Below, in pieces: positions 1 to 6,567 of a DNA stretch of 26,180 nucleotides; positions within the stretch are counted from its first letter, which is position 1; each line of letters starts with the position of its first letter. The notes below the pieces were generated by a model. It saw only the letters and a list, made by a program, of their open reading frames with translations. It had not been told where the DNA came from and did not search any database. The stretch covers positions 1-26,180 of IMG/VR virus record IMGVR_UViG_3300030395_000077; one strand, given 5' to 3'. Origin of the DNA: a virus. Its lineage: Duplodnaviria > Caudoviricetes. The translations under genes were made by a program, and so were the position numbers.

Positions 1-1
1 A

Positions 2-67
2 GAACCAGAGGCAGAGCAATCTGCCTCTATAGCGAAAATAGATGAGAATGGAGAACCAAACTTCTGA
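2..67 (+). CDS. 3' end of a truncated hypothetical protein (...EPEAEQSASIAKIDENGEPNF*)
   Basis: Open frame from the window edge to TGA at 65-67, which overlaps the ATG of the next gene (TGATG coupling). Confidence 0.6.
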   Translation, partial: EPEAEQSASIAKIDENGEPNF

Positions 68-273
68 TGGAATATTTTACTATGTTAACGATTGGCTACA
101 CTCTAGCGGAACACCAGATGTATATGACTGTCTGGTTTCCTAGCGAGGAAGCTTGTTGGAACGTACTGCTAAATGTCGGTGGGTTCTACGATCAAATAAA
201 TGCAACAGAAGGTCATTGTGACGTAAGCGAGGTCGCGTCACATATCGTACGGCCTAAACTTAGACCTTGGTAA
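67..273 (+). CDS. Small hypothetical phage protein (FxSxxxC...C, C-terminal RPxxRP)
   Basis: 68-aa ORF with GGAGA upstream (50-54), coupled to the upstream stop and tightly packed. Confidence 0.75.
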   Translation: MEYFTMLTIGYTLAEHQMYMTVWFPSEEACWNVLLNVGGFYDQINATEGHCDVSEVASHIVRPKLRPW

Positions 274-283
274 GGAATGAACA

Positions 284-1192
284 ATGGGAATAATTACATC
301 AATATACACACCGATCTGTGACTTAGACTTTAGTTGGGATGAGCATGGTGACGGTACTTATCAACAAAGCATCGAGACTACTAACTTTCGTAAAGCTGTG
401 GAGAAAGCACTGAAATGCAAAACGTCTTATCGTGATCAGCAGAGCGCATGGGTCTATCGTGAGAACGATAACTATACGCTTGGCTACGTTGGGTTCGGTG
501 ACATAACACACTCAGGCACAGGTGGAGACAAGTACAACGTTGTTTCTAAAAACATCGAGAACAAGAAGTACAGTTCGGGTCAGTCTAATTATCATGCGGC
601 ATCTGCATTGCATATGGACAAGGCTGTAAAGAACGCTCAGAAGTTTCTGCGTCCGTGGTCACCTATCGAGCATATCGCCATAAGCTACAGTGCGTTCAGA
701 CAAGACTGGCGTGACGTAGGTTTCAAGGCTGATAACGAATACAATAATAAACTAGGCGCAATGACTGGTGATATTCGGAATCGAGGTAACACGTTCAAGG
801 AGTTGGGTAACTTGTTAACCAGTGGGTACGAGTTTCTGTACCCTGATGTGCGTAACATGATTGAGGAAATACATACCGCATTGTCAGAATTGAACGAGAC
901 TAAGAAACGCCCAAAGATACACAAGTTTATCTACATACGTGAGTATCTCGGTGAACAGCAAGCGGCTAGGTTTCCAGTCAATGCAGATGACTATTGGTTT
1001 GACCACAAAGTGTTTCAACAACAGCACAGGGATATCCAGTGGGTCAAGGCTGATGATCTAGAGGAAGACGAGAAACGTAAGATATCATCTTTGTCTTTCT
1101 TGGAGAATGGGCAGTATATCGATGGCGTTGGCTTCAAAGCCGCAAGTAACTGTTACTACGTTGTACCAGAAGAAGGGAGATCTGAAGTATGA
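284..1192 (+). CDS. Hypothetical phage protein, 302 aa
   Basis: Long ORF with RBS TAAGGA at 271-276 and ATGA overlap with the next gene. Its C-terminus resembles the 80-aa ORF at 1657. Confidence 0.85.
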   Translation: MGIITSIYTPICDLDFSWDEHGDGTYQQSIETTNFRKAVEKALKCKTSYRDQQSAWVYRENDNYTLGYVGFGDITHSGTGGDKYNVVSKNIENKKYSSGQSNYHAASALHMDKAVKNAQKFLRPWSPIEHIAISYSAFRQDWRDVGFKADNEYNNKLGAMTGDIRNRGNTFKELGNLLTSGYEFLYPDVRNMIEEIHTALSELNETKKRPKIHKFIYIREYLGEQQAARFPVNADDYWFDHKVFQQQHRDIQWVKADDLEEDEKRKISSLSFLENGQYIDGVGFKAASNCYYVVPEEGRSEV

Positions 1193-1542
1193 GTAATAAT
1201 TTAAGAGACTACGTGGAGTTTAAAGAGTTGGAAAAGGTGGTTACACAAGTTTGCCGCAGTATCCAACAACTCAAAAGTGAACTTCACGAACTAAAACAGA
1301 AGCAACATAAAGAAGCTGTTTCGTTGCAGAAACAGATCAACCGTAGACCTGTGGATATGACACAGATGAGGGATGAACTATTTGACGATGTGAGCAAACA
1401 AGTCGAATGGAGATTATCTCAGAAGGTGTCTGAGTTTGATGGTGTTGTTAATAACTTTTTTGCCAACGCTAGGTTCACACCTGATGCTAGAGTATCTGAA
1501 CAGTTCGACACTAACCTCGAGTTAGACAAAGAAGATAAGTAA
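1189..1542 (+). CDS. Hypothetical coiled-coil protein
   Basis: GGGAGA RBS, ATGA overlap, heptad-like E/K/Q/L-rich N-terminal half. Confidence 0.8.
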   Translation: MSNNLRDYVEFKELEKVVTQVCRSIQQLKSELHELKQKQHKEAVSLQKQINRRPVDMTQMRDELFDDVSKQVEWRLSQKVSEFDGVVNNFFANARFTPDARVSEQFDTNLELDKEDK

Positions 1543-1583
1543 AAGAATCGGGGGTGCAGTAGACAGCACGTTAACTGCACCCC
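1541..1583 (-). terminator. GC-rich hairpin with a U-rich tail on the minus strand (possibly bidirectional terminator)
   Basis: GGGGTGCAGT (1551-1560) and ACTGCACCCC (1574-1583) form a perfect 10-bp inverted repeat. On the minus strand it is followed by CGATTCTTTT. Confidence 0.6.
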
Positions 1584-1614
1584 ACACTTGATAGAACAAG
1601 TGCGTCCAAATTAT

Positions 1615-1650
1615 TTATAGGTTGTATTTTATTACGCGTCAACCTATATT
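1615..1650. promoter_or_regulatory. Overlapping divergent sigma70-like promoters
   Basis: Plus strand: TTGTAT(1622-1627)-17 nt-TATATT(1645-1650), 6 nt before ATG 1657. Minus strand: TTGACG(1642-1637)-17 nt-TATAAA(1619-1614). Both sit in the inverted repeat TATAGGTTG/CAACCTATA. Confidence 0.55.
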
Positions 1651-1656
1651 TTACGC

Positions 1657-1899
1657 ATGAGTTCAACATATCGCGTAAAAGTAAACCCAGACAACTCTAC
1701 GTTCGAAATTACAAGTTTGGACATATTTACTCTTGAAATCGATGTTTCGGGGGTATATATGTCAGAAACTGATTTGCCCGAATGGGTCAAGAGGAAACTG
1801 TCGGCACTCTCGTTTTGTGATTGGGAGGAAAGATCGACAAACTCTTTAGTTGGTGTTGGGAAACGAATTAATGAACATGTGTTTTACATATACAATTAA
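1657..1899 (+). CDS. Hypothetical phage protein, 80 aa, probably leaderless; paralogous to the C-terminus of 284..1192
   Basis: ORF with motif DLPEWVKRKLSALSF...GVGKR...FYI. It has no SD, and the ATG lies 6 nt after a -10 box. Confidence 0.8.
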   Translation: MSSTYRVKVNPDNSTFEITSLDIFTLEIDVSGVYMSETDLPEWVKRKLSALSFCDWEERSTNSLVGVGKRINEHVFYIYN

Positions 1900-1908
1900 G
1901 TACCCCGT

Positions 1909-1926
1909 GTTATTATCGATAATAAC
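1909..1926. promoter_or_regulatory. Perfect 18-bp palindrome GTTATTATCGATAATAAC (candidate operator, copy 1)
   Basis: Intergenic and self-complementary, overlaps an extended -10-like TGnTATTAT (1908-1916), and has a near-identical copy at 6538-6555. Confidence 0.65.
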
Positions 1927-2046
1927 CGATGCCAGTTTTTTGGGTAGCCCCAGTCGGCGGTGGGCGGGTTTTGCAGATGTTTTTCCCAAAAACACCGACA
2001 GTGCGGAGAATTGGATTGGTTTGTTCATTGCCAAGGAGACCGCACA

Positions 2047-2724
2047 ATGAATTCTCTACGCGCAGAACTTGAAGACGAAGAAGAGAGACTACGTAATATA
2101 CGTGCGAACAGGTGGCAGAAGCCCACGAATGTTGGCAAGAAACACAGTCAGATCTTTTTTGTAACTAATAAAGAATTAGAAAACTGGGATGACATAGATC
2201 TGGATGAAGTAGACGAATATACTTCAACAGCAGTCATAGATAAAAACTTCGATAGTATTACCGAAGGAGAGATAGACAACATTGTCGCTTCTCTGAAGTC
2301 TGGTCTAGATGTGTCTGTGTGTGATAATGTTTTCACGATACCGGCTAACGCACCTTTGCATGATATAGAAATTACCGCAGGGTCGAGACGTGCAAAGTAT
2401 GAGAGAAAATTAGCAAACGTAGTATCTGCTCGCCAAGCCAAAGGTATAGAAACATGGCAGAAGATGAAACCATTCATTATGATGAAGAAGCGTTTGAACA
2501 GGGATAAGCAGTATGCGTTTCGTCAATTCCCCGACAAAGATAAAAGGAGAGCAACAGGTATGAAGTATGCACTTATTATGAGCAACGTGCCTATAGGTAA
2601 AGAAGGCAATACAGTGTTGTATTTTCATACACTGAAACAAGCTAGGGCAAAGATGCGCGAGTTTATAAAAGATTATGGGTATGAACCAAAACATTTAGAA
2701 GTAATGAAAGCAGTGGGAGAGTAA
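2047..2724 (+). CDS. Hypothetical phage protein, about 225 aa (acidic N-half, basic C-half)
   Basis: Same frame as track ORF 1960..2724. The start is moved to ATG 2047 because AAGGAGA precedes it and the upstream stretch looks like structured non-coding RNA. Confidence 0.8.
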   Translation: MNSLRAELEDEEERLRNIRANRWQKPTNVGKKHSQIFFVTNKELENWDDIDLDEVDEYTSTAVIDKNFDSITEGEIDNIVASLKSGLDVSVCDNVFTIPANAPLHDIEITAGSRRAKYERKLANVVSARQAKGIETWQKMKPFIMMKKRLNRDKQYAFRQFPDKDKRRATGMKYALIMSNVPIGKEGNTVLYFHTLKQARAKMREFIKDYGYEPKHLEVMKAVGE

Positions 2725-2725
2725 A

Positions 2726-2875
2726 ATGGTGAAAGAAAAACATCAGTATGAAAAAACTCAAAAAAGAATGGGTTTTAATGGATTTAAACAGCATCAGCCT
2801 GAGAGATTTAATAAACCAAGCAAAGCTGAGTTAGTAAAAAGGCTAAAAGAAATAGCCAAAAAAAGGGCTAAATAA
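2726..2875 (+). CDS. Small basic hypothetical protein, 49 aa (MVKEKHQYEKTQKRMGFNGF...KEIAKKRAK), not in the ORF track
   Basis: GGGAGA RBS at 2715-2720, ATG 2726, TAA 2873-2875; exactly fills the gap between its neighbours. Confidence 0.7.
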   Translation: MVKEKHQYEKTQKRMGFNGFKQHQPERFNKPSKAELVKRLKEIAKKRAK

Positions 2876-2876
2876 G

Positions 2877-3209
2877 ATGACGCCAGAAGCAAAAGTGAAA
2901 CGTAGGGTGACGAACAAGTTAAAAGAAATGGGCGCGTACTATTTCTTTCCGATGACAGGTGGGTATGGACGTAGCGGTGTACCCGACATTGTTGGATGCT
3001 ACAGAGGTAGGTTCTTTGGCATCGAAACAAAAGCGGGAAATAATAAACCCACAGCGTTACAAATGAAGAACCTGAAAGATATTGATAGTCAGGGAGGGAT
3101 AGCTCTGGTTATAAATGAAGAGAATCTATCCAGTATAAATGAACTATTGAGGGAAGATGATGCAGAACTTAACGAAAGCGGAGGAAGCCGAGTTACGATT
3201 TCTACGTAA
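2877..3209 (+). CDS. VRR-NUC domain nuclease (PD-(D/E)XK, Holliday-junction-resolvase-like)
   Basis: Motifs MTPEAKVK, GVPDIVGC, FFGIETKAG..KPTALQ, GGIALVINE. Confidence 0.9.
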   Translation: MTPEAKVKRRVTNKLKEMGAYYFFPMTGGYGRSGVPDIVGCYRGRFFGIETKAGNNKPTALQMKNLKDIDSQGGIALVINEENLSSINELLREDDAELNESGGSRVTIST

Positions 3210-3348
3210 CGAAGTAGACAAGTATGTAGTAGAAGAAGGTAGGTTGGATAGACATCCAAACGTCAAGAACGATCTAGCAAGAGCGAGACGTGAATTGAAA
3301 GAATACGTAAAGAAACTGCAAGAAGCAGGAAGACACATATACTGTTAA
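3157..3348 (+). CDS. Small helical hypothetical protein
   Basis: GAGGG RBS, protein-like charged helical sequence, overlaps the VRR-NUC tail and fills the gap to 3361. Confidence 0.7.
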   Translation: MMQNLTKAEEAELRFLRNEVDKYVVEEGRLDRHPNVKNDLARARRELKEYVKKLQEAGRHIYC

Positions 3349-3360
3349 TGGGAGACAAGT

Positions 3361-3792
3361 ATGGGTAAGAAACAAGAAAAGGCGTGGAAGTATTTATTAA
3401 AAAACAAAAGCGCAACAGCTAAAGAACTAGCAGATGCCGTAGGTATATCTTATGGGTATGCACTGAGCATTAAGAAAAAAATTGGAACACCACAAGAAAT
3501 ATTAGATGCCCCAAAGAAACTAAATAGATCCGATGTACTGGATACAGCAAAGAATTTAGTTAATGGGGATAGAGCCGAACAGCATGGCGATGCCACAAAC
3601 AACTTTGTACTCATGGCGGCATACTGGAATGCACATCTCGGACTTAGAGATTTCATATCTGTTGACGATGTACCGATCATGTTGGCCTTGATGAAAGTAG
3701 CAAGGTTGCACGGGGATGGCACAAAGAACATAGACAACTACGTAGATGTCTGTGGCTATATGTCATTGGGCGGCGAGATCTCTCAACTGTGA
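3361..3792 (+). CDS. N-terminal HTH fused to a DUF6378-like domain
   Basis: HTH-like ATAKELADAVGISYGYA. C-terminal LDTAKNLVNGDRAEQHGD...NF...AAYW...DV..MLALMKVARL...DNYVDVCGY is the DUF6378 pattern. Confidence 0.8.
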   Translation: MGKKQEKAWKYLLKNKSATAKELADAVGISYGYALSIKKKIGTPQEILDAPKKLNRSDVLDTAKNLVNGDRAEQHGDATNNFVLMAAYWNAHLGLRDFISVDDVPIMLALMKVARLHGDGTKNIDNYVDVCGYMSLGGEISQL

Positions 3793-5612
3793 ACTTTATA
3801 ACTCTAGACTTCGAAACTTATTACGACAGGCAGTACTCGTTACGCAAACTAACGACTGAGGAGTACGTGCGTGACGAAAGGTTCGAGGTCATAGGGCTTG
3901 CAATAAAAATAGGTGACAGACCTACGATGTGGATAGAGGGTGCTGCACGAGTCAAGAGTTTCTTATCAGAAGCAGACTTCTCTGGGTGCGCCATCCTCTG
4001 TCACAACACGATGTTTGACGGTGCGATATTGGACTGGCTATATGATGTACGTCCAAAAGTTTGGCTTGATACCCTGTGTATGGCGAGAGCATTACATGGT
4101 GTAGATCAAAGTGTATCGCTGAAGAACGTAGCCGAAAGATACGGTGTTGGAGTCAAAGGTACAGAAATACAGAACACAATGGGTAAGCACATAGATGACT
4201 TCACTACCGAGGAGTTATCTCGATTTGCTGAATATGCTATAAACGATGTTGATCTGACATACGACATATTCAAGCTGATGCTACCTAACTTTCCCCAACA
4301 AGAATTAGAACTAATAGACCTTACATTAAGAATGTATATTGAGCCAACGCTACGTCTCGATCTTGCTGGGCTACAAGAACATCTTACTGAGACACGTTTA
4401 CGTAAGGAGACGTTGTTGGAAGAAGCAGGAGTAGCGAAAGAGGAGTTGATGTCCAACCCCAAGTTTGCTGCACTGCTAGAGGGTCTTGGTGTAACGCCCC
4501 CGATGAAAATAAGCCCGACAACAGGGAAAGAGACATTCGCATTTGCGAAGTCAGACGAAGGGTTCAAGGCGTTAGCAGAACATGAAAACGATAAAGTACA
4601 ATCTCTAGTTGCCGCTCGACTGGGTACTAAAAGCACTTTGGAAGAAACACGTACAGAGAGGTTTATATCTATTGCGAAACGTGGGCTGCTCCCTGTACCC
4701 GTCCGTTACTATGCCGCACATACAGGGAGATGGGGTGGAGATGACAAGATAAACCTACAAAATTTACCAAGTCGTGGGGTCAACGGTAAGAAGTTAAAGA
4801 AAGCAATCATGGCCCCAGTTGGTCACACTCTTATAGATGCAGACAGTTCTCAGATTGAAGCAAGGGTATTAGCTTGGCTATCTGAACAGGACGACTTGGT
4901 TGATCAGTTTGCCAACGGTGAAGACGTCTATGTAAAGATGGCTAGTTCTATCTACGCCGTCCCCGAAGATCAAGTTACCAAAGACCAGAGGTTTGTAGGA
5001 AAGACTACAATCTTGGGCGCAGGGTATGGCATGGGGTATCTGAAGTTCGGGGCGCAACTCAAGACCTTTGGATATGAAGTACCCGAGGCGGAGGCAAAGC
5101 GGATTATATCTGTATACAGAGAGACGTATCCATACATTGGAGATTTATGGCAAGCGGCAAACAGGTGCATAAAAGAAATGCACAACGACAGCCTGTTCAG
5201 GTTTGGTCGGTCTGGAGTGCTTGACGTTAACGTGAAGGCCCGGGCAATCGTGTTGCCATCACAGCTAGAGATGTCTTACACTGATCTAGACGCTACGACG
5301 GAAGGCGGGCGAACTGAATATCATTATAAAACACGCCAAGGTCGCACTAGAATATATGGTGGTAAGGTGGTCGAGAATGTATGCCAAGCTATTGCTCGTT
5401 GTATTATAGGGTATCAGATGCTACAAATAGCTAAAAAATATAGAGTAGTATTAACCGTCCATGATAGTATCGTATGTTGCGTACCTGACCAGCTCGCTGG
5501 GGAAGCACAGGAATATATAGAGAGATGTATGCGTACGACACCTGATTGGGCCGGTGGATTACCCATAGACTGTGAGAGTGGTCTGGGTAAGAGTTATGGA
5601 GATTGCGAATGA
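3789..5612 (+). CDS. polA: Phage DNA polymerase, family A, with 3'-5' exonuclease
   Basis: ExoI LDFETY, ExoII HNTMFD, ExoIII YAINDVD, HTGRWGG..NLQNLP, motif A DADSSQIEARVLA, motif B RFVGKTTILGAGYG, motif C TVHDSI. Confidence 0.97.
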   Translation: MNFITLDFETYYDRQYSLRKLTTEEYVRDERFEVIGLAIKIGDRPTMWIEGAARVKSFLSEADFSGCAILCHNTMFDGAILDWLYDVRPKVWLDTLCMARALHGVDQSVSLKNVAERYGVGVKGTEIQNTMGKHIDDFTTEELSRFAEYAINDVDLTYDIFKLMLPNFPQQELELIDLTLRMYIEPTLRLDLAGLQEHLTETRLRKETLLEEAGVAKEELMSNPKFAALLEGLGVTPPMKISPTTGKETFAFAKSDEGFKALAEHENDKVQSLVAARLGTKSTLEETRTERFISIAKRGLLPVPVRYYAAHTGRWGGDDKINLQNLPSRGVNGKKLKKAIMAPVGHTLIDADSSQIEARVLAWLSEQDDLVDQFANGEDVYVKMASSIYAVPEDQVTKDQRFVGKTTILGAGYGMGYLKFGAQLKTFGYEVPEAEAKRIISVYRETYPYIGDLWQAANRCIKEMHNDSLFRFGRSGVLDVNVKARAIVLPSQLEMSYTDLDATTEGGRTEYHYKTRQGRTRIYGGKVVENVCQAIARCIIGYQMLQIAKKYRVVLTVHDSIVCCVPDQLAGEAQEYIERCMRTTPDWAGGLPIDCESGLGKSYGDCE

Positions 5613-6274
5613 CAACTTGGTCGTTCAGTAGATTAAAGTCTTTCGAGACTTGCCCCAAACAGTTTTATCATGTGACTGTACTAGGTGAATATCCTGTCGT
5701 TCAGACAGATGCGATGACGTACGGAACTGCAATGCACAAGGCGGCAGAAGATTATATTGGAGAGAATAAACCACTTCCAGACGAGTTTATGTACGTTAAA
5801 GGAACTCTCGACGAGCTGCGAGCGTTCAGGGGTACGAAGTTAACCGAGCAAAGATTAGGACTTACCAGAGACCTGAAACCTTGTGGCTTCAAAGACAAAG
5901 ATGTCTGGTTCCGTGGTATTGTAGATCTCGCCATCGTAGATACGTTGGGGGAGCGAGCATGGATTGTAGATTACAAGACAGGTAAGTCTGCAAAGTATGC
6001 TGACAAAGGGCAACTTGAACTTATGGCTTTGAGCATCTTTAAAAAATTTCCAGATGTAAAACATATCAATGCCGCCCTACTGTTTGTCGTTTCTAATGAG
6101 ATGATAGAAGCCGAGTATAAAATAGAGAATAGTTTCGATTTGTGGGGGAAATGGTTAAAGAAGTATGCTAGAATGGAAAAAGCGTATGAGACAGATGTAT
6201 GGAACCCGAGACCTTCAGGGTTGTGTTACCATCACTGCCCCGTACTAGAATGTGTCCACAACGGAAGGAACTGA
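5609..6274 (+). CDS. Cas4/AddB-like PD-(D/E)XK exonuclease with a 4-Cys cluster
   Basis: WSFSRLKSFETCPKQF, GTAMH, GIVDL, IVDYKTGK, QLELMA, C-terminal CYHHCPVLEC. ATG 5609 overlaps the pol stop (ATGA). Confidence 0.9.
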   Translation: MTTWSFSRLKSFETCPKQFYHVTVLGEYPVVQTDAMTYGTAMHKAAEDYIGENKPLPDEFMYVKGTLDELRAFRGTKLTEQRLGLTRDLKPCGFKDKDVWFRGIVDLAIVDTLGERAWIVDYKTGKSAKYADKGQLELMALSIFKKFPDVKHINAALLFVVSNEMIEAEYKIENSFDLWGKWLKKYARMEKAYETDVWNPRPSGLCYHHCPVLECVHNGRN

Positions 6275-6276
6275 CC

Positions 6277-6537
6277 ATGCCTTACAAAAATAAACCACGA
6301 CCATACAAGAAAGAGTACAAACAACAGAAAGCCAGAGGCGAACACGAGGCCCGTATGGAACGTCAACGTGCGAGGAGAAGTCTGGATAAGAAAAAAGTAA
6401 ATCGTAAAGGTAAGGATATTGCACACAAGAAAGCATTAAGCAGAGGCGGCTCAAATAAAGACGGTTACACTCTACAAAGCCCAAAGAAAAATAGAGCCGC
6501 TGGTGGGCGTATGAGTAAACCGAGAAAAAAGAAGTAA
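6277..6537 (+). CDS. Small, very basic HNH-endonuclease-like protein
   Basis: KGKDIAHKKALSRGGSN...SPKKNRA resembles the D-x-x-H...GG-x-N...N-R ββα-Me core. ATG 6277 follows GAAGGA. Confidence 0.7.
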   Translation: MPYKNKPRPYKKEYKQQKARGEHEARMERQRARRSLDKKKVNRKGKDIAHKKALSRGGSNKDGYTLQSPKKNRAAGGRMSKPRKKK

Positions 6538-6555
6538 GTTATTATTGATAATAAC
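6538..6555. promoter_or_regulatory. Near-perfect palindrome GTTATTATTGATAATAAC (candidate operator, copy 2)
   Basis: 17/18 identical to 1909-1926; sits exactly between the stop at 6537 and the helicase RBS AAGGAGA. Confidence 0.65.
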
Positions 6556-6567
6556 AAGGAGAACAAA

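Noticed and set aside
7-28. Perfect 9-bp hairpin AGAGGCAGA-GCAA-TCTGCCTCT with a GNRA loop
   Set aside because: It lies inside the apparent upstream CDS, has no U-tract and sits at the window edge, so no function can be supported.
1850-2050. Track ORFs 1850..2050 (+) and 1846..2034 (-), and the 1960 start extension
   Set aside because: They lack an RBS, overlap the palindrome and structured leader, and have unconvincing composition; a strong SD supports ATG 2047 instead.
5609-6274. Cas4-like protein as a sign of CRISPR-Cas
   Set aside because: No repeat-spacer array or other cas genes are present; stand-alone Cas4-like nucleases are routine in phage replication modules.
6277-6537. HNH-like ORF as a mobile homing endonuclease or intron
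   Set aside because: It is free-standing and short, the neighbouring genes are uninterrupted, and no intron or intein motifs are seen in pol, helicase or primase.
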